Shown piece after piece: positions 47,312 to 58,020 of a stretch of DNA of 64,000 nucleotides. The stretch comes from Macrostomum lignano (taxonomy: Eukaryota): assembly GCA_002269645.1 (NCBI GenBank), contig NIVC01000106.1, forward strand, positions 682,001-746,000, written 5' to 3'. How positions within the stretch are numbered: position 1 is the stretch's first letter; each line of letters begins with the position of its first letter. Position numbers and translations under genes: made by a program. The notes beneath the pieces are model-generated. The model saw only the letters and a program-made list of their open reading frames with translations, searched no databases and was not told the DNA's origin.

Positions 47312-50300
47312 CAGACAGACAGAACAGACAAACAGACAGACAGACAGCCAAAAAGGACAGACAGAAGGACAGACAGACAGGCAGACAGACAGATAGGCAG
47401 ACAGGCAACAGACAGACAGGCAGACAGACAGATAGGCAGACAGGCATACAGACAGACAGAGAGGCAGGCAGACAGGCATACAGACAGACAGGCAGACAGA
47501 CAGATAGGCAGACAGGCATACAGGCAGACAGGCAGACAGGCAGACACAGACAGACACAAAGTGCCTACTCACCGCACCGCGAACGCCTCCCCAACGGTAA
47601 CCTTTCGTTTAGCCAGAGCGGCGCCAGACTTGGCAGCAGACGGCGCCAAATGCCGGAAGCCTTCGGACTTGGCAGACTCGGACTGCAGCGCCACTAGCCG
47701 GTAGATGCGGCTGTCAGTCTCGCTGCCGCCGCGGACAAAGCGTTGAACAACAACTTGAATCCGGGAGCCGACGGTGGGATTGGAGGCTGAATAGGACTCA
47801 TTCCAGTGCTGTGATTGTGTTGTGTAGAATTCAATTGCAGTGTGCAGTTAGTGCCAAATGAGAATCTCATGGGGAATTAATCAAGGAGGAATCTCATAGG
47901 GAATCAACAAGGGGGAGAGAATCTCATAGGGAATCACTCAGGGGAAGAATATCATAGATAATCAATCAGGGGAAGAATATCATAGGGAATCACTCAGGGG
48001 AAGAATATCATAGATAATCACTCAGGGGAAAAATCATAGGGAATCAATAGGGGGAGCATACCATAGGGAATCAATCAGGGAAGAATCTCATAGGGAATCA
48101 ATGGGGGGAATAATCTCATAGGGAATTAATCAGGGGAAGATATCATAGGGAATCACTCAGGGGAAGAATATCATAGGGAATCAATGGGGGGAGAATATCA
48201 TAGGGAATCAATGGGGGAGAATATCATAGGGAATCAATGGGGGAGAATATCATAAGGAATCAATGGGGGAGAATATCATAGGGAATCAATGGGGGAGAAT
48301 ATCATAGGGAATCAATGGGGGAGAATCTTATAGGGAATCAATGGGGGAAGAATCTCATAGGGAATTAATCAGGGGAAGAATTTTATAGGGAACCGATCGG
48401 GGGAGAATCTCATAGGGAATCAATCGGGGGAGGGGAGAATCTCATAGGGAATCAATCGAGGGGGGAGAATCTCATAGGGAATCAATCGGGGGGGGAGAAT
48501 CTCATAGGGAATCAATGGGGGAAGAATATCATAGGGAATCAATGGGGGTAAGAAACTCATAGGGAATCAATCGGGGGGGGGGAGAATCTCATATGGAATC
48601 AATCGGGGAGGGGGAGAATCTCATAGGGAATCAATCAGGGGAAGAATAGGGACACTCATAGGGATACCAGAGATTCAATACAAAACAACAGATCCAGCAA
48701 CCCACCCGTCTAGCCGGCAGAAAGGCCACCTGCTGAGTGTTGGGTCCCAGCCGAAGCGCCACCATTCGATAATCGAAGCCGGCGTACAACACCTCAGCAG
48801 GATAAGCCTCCCCAGGCTGAACGTCGGCAACTCGAACCGTGGACTGAGCGGCGGCCAGGTCGTTAAGCAGATCGGGGCGCAGGCACAGATTGACAGATCT
48901 TTTGTTAGGATCAATGGACAATACAAGAGCCTTATGCCGACTGCCTGGTGTGCAGTCCGCTCCTAACAGCTGATTGGCTGCGGCGGTGCACGTGTACTTA
49001 TACGCTATCGATTTTTCTAGGCTGCTAGAATCGAGTAGACGAAATTTTCGAAAGCGCAAATCTGTCTCGGCTGCATTGGTGGCCGAAACGGCCACGCGGA
49101 CCAGACTGCCCGGCAGCAGGGCTCTGTTCCGGCAGAGTCCGCCGGAGTCCAATAGTTTAATGGTCTCTTCTAGCAGGAGCAGGGAATCGTCAAGATCTTC
49201 GACCGGGCGGGCGCAGTCCCGTACTCGCAGTGATAGAAGGCAGCGCTGCTTTTCGGCGTTCTTCTCCAGCACCTGTGTACGGGTGAGATGGGATTAGAGC
49301 AAGTGAGATAGGATTTCTAACAGGGAGATGGGATTTCAGACAGTGAGATGGGATTTTAGCCAGTTAGATGGGATTTCAGACAGTGAAATGGGATTTTAGC
49401 CAGTGAGATGGGATTTTAGCCAGTGAGATGGGATTTTAGCCAGTGAGATATGTGACAGAGTGACCAATCTAATATGTGACAAGAATTACCAATCTATCTG
49501 TGACAGAGTGACCAATCTGATATGTGACAGAGTGACCAATCCGATGTGACAGAGTGACCAATCCGATGTGACAGAGTGACCAATCTGATATGTGACAGAG
49601 TGACCAATCTGATATGTGACAGAGTGACCAATCTGATATGTGACAGAGTGACCAATCTGATATGTGACAGAGTGACCAATCCGATGTGACAGAGTGACCA
49701 ATCCGATGTGACAGAGTGACCAATCTGATATGTGACAGAGTGACCAATCTGATATGTGACAGAGTGACCAATCTGATATGTGACAGAGTGACCAATCCGA
49801 TGTGACAGAGTGACCAATCCGATGTGACAGAGTGACCAATCCGATGTGACAGAGTGACCAATCCGATGTGACAGAGTGACCAATCTGATATGTGACAGAG
49901 TGACTAATCTGATATGACAGAGTGACCAATCTGATATGACAGAGTGACCAATCCGATGCGACAGAGTGACCAATCCGATGCGACAGAGTGACCAATCCGA
50001 TGCGACAGAGTGACCAATCCGATGTGACAGTGACCAATCTGATATGTGACAGAGTGACCAATCCGATGTGACGGTGACCAATCTGATATGTGACAGAGTG
50101 AACAATCCGGTGTGACAGAGTGACTAATCTGATATGTGACAGAGTGACTAATCTGATATGAGACAGAGTGACCAATCCGATGTGATAGAGTGACTAATCT
50201 GATATGAGACAGAGTGACCAATCCGATGTGACAGAGTGACCAATCTGATATGTGACAGAGTGACCAATCTGATATGTGACAGAGTGACCAATCCGATGTG

Positions 50301-53300
50301 ACAGAGTGACCAATCCGATGTGACAGTGACTAATCTGATATGTGACAGAGTGAGTGACCAATTAATTATATTGTCGCCAATATATAACAAGCGCGCACCT
50401 TCGCAACCACAGTTTGCCCAGCCTTGAACAGATCCTTCAAAGGAAAGGGCGGGTGCTCGCTAGCCAGCGCTTTAACAGGCGCCAAACCGCGGAATCCTGC
50501 GGGCAGCTGAACAAACCAGCCGTACTGCTTGAACTGATGGGCCAAACCGTACAACTGATCGCCAACTTGGATCGATTCGAAATCTTTAGGAAAATTGGCG
50601 CCATCCTTAGCGAATCGAACTAGGCTAGGCTTAGCCGATACTACAACGCTAGCGTCTAGATTCCAGATTACACAAGGCGAGACAATGTCGCCAATCCGAC
50701 GAAACTTGGCCAGGGCATCAGCGTACGCCGCCTGATCAGTGAGGTGTTCGAACGGCAATCGAGCTTCGATTGAATTAGTCCAGTTGAATTCGTCTTTTTC
50801 GTTGCTAAGCGTGATCAAGGCAACGCGAAAAAATCCGGCTTGTTTAGCTAAGATACGGCAGGAGACCAGGCTACCCAAGCCGGCTTTATTGAGCTGCTTA
50901 TACAATAGGCTGCGATTCTTGGCGGCCTGACTTTCCGGTACAGATCTGCATAGCAAATTAGACAATTGGTAAGGAGTTGCTTTTATGCTTTTATCATTGC
51001 TAAACTCTTAACTGAAATACTACTCATGCAATGCTCAAAAGGGAGTATTGTATCCATCCTTTTGAGAGGTGATTCTATCCTTTTAGGAGAAGATTCCATA
51101 CTTTTGAGAGAGGATTCTCTCCTTTTGAGAGGGGACTCTCTCCTTTTGAGAGGGGATTCTCTCCTTTTGGGAAGGGATTCTCTCCTTTTGAGAGGGGACT
51201 CTCTCCTTTTGAGAGGGATTCTCTCCTTTTGAGAGAGGATTCTCTCCTTTTGAGAGGGGATTCTCTCCTTTTGGGAAGGGATTCTCTCCTTTTGAGAGGG
51301 GACTCTCTCCTTTTGAGAGGGGATTCTCTCCTTTTGAGAGGGATTCTCTCCTTTTGAGAGGGGATTCTCTCCTTTTGAGATTCTATCCTCAGAAGGGGAG
51401 ATTCTATCCTTAGAAGGGGAGATTATATCCTCAGAAGGGGAGATTATATCTTCTGAAAGGGGAGTTTCTGTCGTCTGAAGGGGATTCTGTTCTCTGAATA
51501 CAAAATAAAAGACTTACTTCTTTCCCTCTAGAAGCAGAGAAGCCACAGGCAAGCGGTTGCCAGCAGCCGGTCTGGTTATTCGAACTCGCAACACCTGTCC
51601 ACGATAATAAACCTGCTCAATTGAGTCGCTATCAGCTAAGCCAAGCTGGGTTCTTGGCGCCCAAGCCTTAGCAGCGCCATAGAAGGCTAATAAAATACCG
51701 TTGCTATCCAGCTTAGCAACGAAACAATCGGCTAACACGCCGGGTAGCAACTGTTCCAGACGGGTTACAGGCGTCTCCTCACTGCGAACTAGGCCAGGCT
51801 TAGCAGTTAGAATGAGTTTCCTGTCCACTGCACTGGCTGACAGCACTCTGCATTTCAACTCGGTGTCGGGCTCCAGGTGGCGATGCTTCTGATGCTTGGC
51901 TGGGTAATCGGACAGGTGCAAATAGGGCACCAGGCCGCGTAGGTTGCGAGCCACACGAACTAACGCACCTTCTTTGCAGTAGCGCAGCAGGGTGCCGGTG
52001 ATTGGGGCCGCCAGTTTCACGTCTTCGTAGCTGTAGACCGGGTGGGTGATGATGCACAGACAGGGTGTGATTAGACACCCAGACAGACACTAAGACACCC
52101 AGACAGACACTAAGACACCCAGACAGACACTAAGACACCCAGACAGACACTAAGACACCCAGGCAGACACTAAGACACCCAGACAGACACTAAGACACCC
52201 GGACAGACACTAAGACACCCAGACAGACACTGAGACACGCAGACAGACACTAAGACACCCAGACAGACACTAAGACACCCAGACAAACACTAAGACACGC
52301 AGACAGACACTGAGACACGCAGACAGACACTAAGACACCCAGACAGACACTAAGACACCCAGACAGACACTAAGACACCCAGACAGACACTAAGACACCC
52401 GGACAGACACTAAGACACCCAGACAGACACTGAGACACGCAGACAGACACTAAGACACCCAGACAGACACTAAGACACCCAGACAGACACTAAGACACCC
52501 AGACAGACACTAAAACACCCAGACAAACACTAAGACACTAGACAAACACAAAGACACCCAGACAAACACAGACACCCAGACAAACACAAAGACACCCAGA
52601 CAAACACACAGACACCCAGACAAACACAAATACACCCAGACAAACACAAAGACACCCAGACAAACACAGACACCCAGACAAACACAAAGACACCCAGACA
52701 AACAAAAAGACACCCAGACAAACACAAAGACACCCAGACAAACACAGACACCCAGACAAACACAAAGACACCCAGACAAACACAGACACCCAGACAAACA
52801 CAAAGACACCCAGACAAACACACAGACACCCAGACAAACACAAATACACCCAGACAAACACAAAGACACCCAGACAAACACAGACACCCAGACAAACACA
52901 AAGACACCCAGACAAACAAAAAGACACCCAGACAAACACAAAGACACCCAGACAAACAAAAAGACACCCAGACAAACACAAAGACACCCAGACAAACACA
53001 AAGACACCCAGACAAACACAGACACCCAGACAAACACAAAGACACCCAGACAAACACAAAGACACCCAGACAAACACAAAGACACCCAGACAAACACAAA
53101 GACACCCAGACAAACACAAAGACACCCAGACAAACACAAAGACACCCAGACAAACACAAAGACACCCAGACAAACACAAAGACACCCAGACAAACACAGA
53201 CACCCAGACAAACACAAAGACACCCAGACAAACACAAAGACACCCAGACAAACACAGACACCCAGACAAACACAAAGACACCCAGACAAACACAGACACC

Positions 53301-56300
53301 CAGACAAACACACAGACACCCAGACAAACACAGACACCCAGACAAACACAAAGACACCCAGACAAACACAGACACCCAGACAAACACAAAGACACCCAGA
53401 CAAACACAGACACCCAGACAAATACTAAGTCAGCACTAACCGCAGAAACGGCAGTTCTAGGACAGACGGGCGCAGACTCCCAAACGCGACATTATCCATC
53501 GGGCTGAAGTCGACAATTCGAACTTTAACAACGTCGCCAACAGTCAATCCGGCGGCCAAGGCTTTACCTTGCTTCTTCTTTTTCTTAGCGACCTGCCCCT
53601 GGTCCTGTTGTCGTTGATCGTTTAAATCAGCCCCCGGCATGTGCTTTGGCCCAATCAGGCAATTCATCTGAGCATCGGGCAGCCAGAGGGTGGCACCCTG
53701 GCCAATGCTGTTTACCTTGCGCACAACCGCATCTTTAACAGTCTGACCAACAGACAATCGGTCAATGCAATAGTAGCTAGGCGAGAATGGCGTCAGTTCT
53801 AACGACGATTTCTTCTGCTTTTTCTTCTTAGGCTGCTCTACTTGATCAGTGACATTATCTTTGTCGTCGGTATCGTCAGATGTCGGGGCAACGACGCTTG
53901 GCGGCAGAGTGTGCGGCAGGCAAGAGCCGATTAGAGTCTTGGTTGACTGGTCGATAGAGACAAGAGTGAGCAGGATTGCATCGCCTTGTCTGCAGGGTGG
54001 TTCAAAACGGGTTTTGAGCGCGTGTGGTAAGCTGATCGATTAATCATTTTTTCTTCTATGAATATTATGAAACCACGGTGCCATATTAGCTACCTGGGTT
54101 CCAAATTAGGTACCTGGGTTCCAAATTAGGTACCTGGGTTCCAATTTAGGTACCTGGGTTCCAAATTAGGTACCTGGGTCCCAAAGAAGGTATCTGGGTT
54201 CCAATTTAGGTACCTGGGTTCCAAATTAGGTACCTGGGTTCCAAATTAGGTACCTGGGTTCCAATTTAGGTACCTGGGTTCCAATTTAGGTACCTGGGTT
54301 CCAATTTAGGTAGCTAGGTTCCAATTTAGGTACCTGGGTTTCAAATTAGGTACCTGGGTTCCAAATTAGGTACCTGGGTTCCAATTTAGGTAGCTAGGTT
54401 CCAATTTAGGTACCTGGGTTTCAAATTAGGTACCTGGGTTCCAAATTAGGTACCTGGGTTCCAAATTAGGCATCGGATCATCAGATTAGGTGTCGAGTCA
54501 TCAAATTAGCTATCTGATCATCAAATTAGCTATCTGATCATCAAATTAGCTATCTGATCATCAAATTAGCTATCTGATCATCAAATTAGCTATCTGATCA
54601 TCAAATTAGCTATCAGATCATTAAATTAGCTATCTGATCATCAAATTAGCTATCTGATCATTAAATTAGGTATCTGATCATCAAATTAGGTATCTGATCA
54701 TCAAATTGGCTATCTGATCATCAAATTATGTATCTGATCATTAAATTAGCTATCTGATCATCAAATTAGCTATCTGATCATTAAATTAGCTATCTGATCA
54801 TCAAATTATGTATCTGATCATCAAATTGGCTATCTGATCATCAAATTATGTATCTGATCATTAAATTAGCTATCTGATCATCAAATTAGCTATCTGATCA
54901 TTAAATTAGGTATCTGATCATCAAATAAGGTATCTGATTATCAAATTAGGTATCTGATCATCAAATTAGGTATCTGATCATCAAATTAGCTATTTGATCA
55001 TCAAATTAGGTATCTGATCATCAAATTAGCTATCTGATCATCAAATTAGCTATCTGATCATTAAATTAGGTATCTGATCATCAAATAAGGTATCTGATTA
55101 TCAAATTAGGTATCTGATCATCAAATTAGCTATCTGATCATCAAATTAGCTATCTGATCATCAAATTAGGTATCTGATCATCAAATTAGGTTAATACTGG
55201 GGCTAAAGGTCTCACAGCAGCTCACCTATAGCCAGACAGCTTGCCAATGAGATGTGACTTCGGCACCGTGCACAGCATGCTACCTTGAAATTGCGCTATC
55301 AAGCAGCCGGCTCCGCTGCCAGATGTTCGTTTTGAATTCGCCCGATCAACCACGCGATGCACCCGGGCACGCAGCCAAGCGCCCGGTGTTAAACAGTCAA
55401 AGCTGCACGGAACAGTCTCAGGCCAGGCCCTATCAGCTGACATGAGCTTAGCAGGATGGCAGGTGAGCCTGACTATACGAGTCTCGCCTAGAGACAAACC
55501 CATTGCCGGTGAGGATGCCAGTAAAGAGCTGGCGCCATTGGACGGAGCCGAATCCAGTAACCGGACGGGAACCAGACCGCCAAGGCACAGCTGACGGCCG
55601 GAGTTGCACCTGGGGAATTTTTGTTTGAAAAGTGCATAGGGTCCTCAGATAATTGGGCCGCTATAAAATTATGATACCAATAAGGGTCCTTAGACTGGGC
55701 CGCTATATAATCATGATACTAATAAGGGTCCTCAGACTGGGCCGCTATATAATCATGATACTAATAAGGGTCCTCAGACTGGGCCGCTATATAATCATGA
55801 TACTAATAAGGGTCCTCAGACTGGGCCGCTATATAATCATGATACTAATAAGGGTCCTCAGACTGGGCCGCTATATAATCATGATACTAATAAGGGTCCT
55901 CAGACTGGGCCGCTATATAATCATGATACTAATAAGGGTCCTCAGACTGGGCCGCTATATAATTGTGATACTAATAAGGGTCCTCAGACTGGGCCGCTAT
56001 ATAATCATGATACTAATAAGGGTCCTCAGACTGGGCCGCTATATAATCATGATACTAATAAGGGTCCTCAGACTGGGCCGCTATATAATCATGATACTAA
56101 TAAGGGTCCTCAGACTGGGCCGCTATATAATCATGATACTAATAAGGGTCCTCAGACTGGGCCGCTATATAATCATGATACTAATAAGGGTCCTCAGACT
56201 GGGCCGCTATATAATCATGATACTAATAAGGGTCCTCAGACTGGGCCGCTATATAATCATGATACTAATAATGGTCCTCAGACCGGAACCCTTCATTTTC

Positions 56301-58020
56301 GAGTATTTTCACACCTAATTCTCAGCCTGAACAAAACTGATAACACATACCTAGCAACATATTCCGTAGTTTCACTATTTGGCAAGAAGCCAACAAGGCC
56401 AGGCACGCCCAGATCAATGGTAAATCCATGGTCCTCGATAGAGTCGATAGCTCCATATAGAAGCTGTAAAATATTTATAAAAAGAAAATGATGACTAATA
56501 AGCTAGTTAATAATCATAAAGTATTGCTAAAATTTTGTTATTTTACCATGCGAGAATTCAACTGATGCATTGGCACGCTTTTGTTAACATCACGAGGATT
56601 AGCGCTTAATTCCAGTTTGTTCTTGGCCAAGCCAGTGCCGCTACTCTGGCTTGCGTCGGCGTCAGATGGTTTAGCAATCAAACAGGGCAGATACTGGCCA
56701 ATGCTGAACATTCCTGTTAGTACTGGCATATCCTGGATTTATAAATATTTTTTAATAGTTATTATTAGGAACAGAAGACCTGTTCAGCTGTGTGGGTCAG
56801 GGATCTAAGAGTCATTTGGTCAGCTGTGTGGATCAGGGATCTAAGAGTCATTTGGTCAGCTGTGTGGATCAGGGATCTAAGAGTCATGAGATCAGCTGTG
56901 TGGGTCAGGGATCTAAGAGTCATTTGGTCAGCTGTGTGGATCAGGGATCTAAGAGTCATGAGATCAGCTGTGTGGGTCAGGGATCTAAGAGTCATTTGGT
57001 CAGCTGTGTGGATCAGGGATCTAAGAGTCATTTGGTCAGCTGTGTGGATCAGGGATCTAAGAGTCATTTGGTCAGCTGTGTGGATCAGGGATCTAAGAGT
57101 CATTTGGTCAGCTGTGTGGATCAGGGATCTAAGAGTCATGAGATCAGCTGTGTGGGTCAGGGATCTAAGAGTCATGAGATCAGCTGTGTGGGTCAGGGAT
57201 CCAAGAGTCATTTGGTCAGCTGTGTGAGTCAGGGATCCAAGAGTCATGAGATCAGCTGTGTGGATCAGGGATCTAAGAGTCATTTGGTCAGCTGTGTGGA
57301 TCAGGGATCTAAGAGTCATGAGATCAGCTGTGTGGGTCAGGGATCTAAGAGTCATGAGATCAGCTGTGTGGGTCAGGGATCCAAGAGTCATTTGGTCAGC
57401 TGTGTGAGTCAGGGATCCAAGAGTCATGAGATCAGCTGTGTGGATCAGGGATCTAAGAGTCATTTGGTCAGCTGTGTGGATCAGGGATCTAAGAGTCATT
57501 TGGTCAGCTGTGTGGATCAGGGATCTAAGAGTCATGAGATCAGCTGTGTGGGTCAGGGATCTAAGAGTCATGAGATCAGCTGTGTGGGTCAGGGATCCAA
57601 GAGTCATTTGGTCAGCTGTGTGAGTCAGGGATCCAAGAGTCATGAGATCAGCTGTGTGGATCAGGGATCTAAGAGTCATTTGGTCAGCTGTGTGGATCAG
57701 GGATCCAAGAGTCATTTGGTCAGCTGTGTGGGTCAGGAATCTAAGAGTCATGAGATCAGCTGTGTGGGTCAGGGAGTCGGAACTTCAGTTAATTAATCAA
57801 GAGTTGCAGTTTATTATACAGAAAAGCTGAAACAATAAAGAACATTAAGCACTTCCATACTCACCTTAGGCTGATTGTCCTTGACAACATCTTCTAGCAT
57901 AGATTTGTACCTGTTGCTAATGTTGTAGACTTTCACTGTACCAGTTTTACCTTCAGATAAACTGATCTGCAGGTCGTAGAAGCTTATATCTTTGATTCTT
58001 CCTAGTACTAATGTGGACAT
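41779..58020 (-). CDS. RRP5: rRNA biogenesis protein RRP5/PDCD11 (multiple S1 domains plus C-terminal HAT/TPR repeats), about 1883 aa; the 5' end may be incomplete
   Basis: Exons 57865-58020, 56547-56732, 56351-56463, 55226-55609, 53441-53989, 51518-52030, 50399-50945, 48706-49272, 47573-47808, 46880-47065, 45782-46235, 43643-44968, 41779-42213. Total 5652 nt, phase-consistent GT-AG. S1 signatures: [67 protein letters not shown] region: [35 protein letters not shown]. The 46235 acceptor is the least certain boundary. Confidence 0.9.
42275..43400. repeat. TCAC-based array of about 20-24 bp (TCACTCACTCACTGATCAAT / ..CACCAATCCAT), last RRP5 intron
   Basis: Tandem copies read directly. Confidence 0.92.
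45105..45640. repeat. 23-bp minisatellite ATCCCTACTGAATCCTGAGTCAG, RRP5 intron 44969-45781
   Basis: Tandem copies read directly; includes a 26-bp variant. Confidence 0.95.
46267..46785. repeat. Composite 28-bp array (GTAAGGTCAATTATGGCTCATAAAGAGT, then GGGTCAGGTCAATGATGGGTCATAGAGT), RRP5 intron
   Basis: Tandem copies read directly. Confidence 0.92.
47100..47557. repeat. (CAGA)n-based microsatellite, RRP5 intron 47066-47572
   Basis: Read directly from the sequence. Confidence 0.95.
47862..48662. repeat. Minisatellite of about 26 bp, TCATAGGGAATCAATGGGGGAGAATA, RRP5 intron 47809-48705
   Basis: Tandem copies read directly, with variable G runs. Confidence 0.92.
49285..50355. repeat. Composite array: 20-bp AGTGAGATGGGATTTTAGCC (49285-49450), then 22/24-bp GTGACAGAGTGACCAATC(C/T)GAT(AT); RRP5 intron 49273-50398
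   Basis: Tandem copies read directly. The second unit is the same as at 5230-5630. Confidence 0.95.
51055..51470. repeat. 20/21-bp minisatellite GGGATTCTCTCCTTTTGAGA(G) with an AGATTCTATCCTCAGAAGGGG tail, RRP5 intron 50946-51517
   Basis: Tandem copies read directly. Confidence 0.92.
52073..53421. repeat. Composite 20-bp arrays AGACAGACACTAAGACACCC, then CAGACAAACACAAAGACACC (with an 18-bp variant); RRP5 intron 52031-53440
   Basis: Tandem copies read directly; the switch is at about 52520. Confidence 0.96.
54085..55190. repeat. Composite 20-bp arrays AGGTACCTGGGTTCCAAATT, then ATCTGATCATCAAATTAGCT; RRP5 intron 53990-55225
   Basis: Tandem copies read directly; the switch is at about 54475. 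Confidence 0.96.
55655..56283. repeat. 42-bp minisatellite GGGCCGCTATATAATCATGATACTAATAAGGGTCCTCAGACT, RRP5 intron 55610-56350
   Basis: About 15 near-identical copies. Confidence 0.97.
56780..57772. repeat. 36-bp minisatellite CAGCTGTGTGGATCAGGGATCTAAGAGTCATTTGGT, RRP5 intron 56733-57864
   Basis: Tandem copies read directly, with higher-order blocks of variants. Confidence 0.97.

Noticed and set aside
12913-57772. CRISPR-like appearance of the 30-42-bp repeats
   Set aside because: Units are directly head-to-tail with no unique spacers, there are no cas genes, and the context is spliceosomal and eukaryotic.
11461-57772. Apparent enrichment of 6-8-bp palindromes in repeat units (TCTAGA, CAGCTG, ATCGAT, GGTACC, TGATCA, GGCGCC)
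   Set aside because: About 11 of 30 units have one, close to the roughly 30 percent expected by chance for units of about 24 bp.
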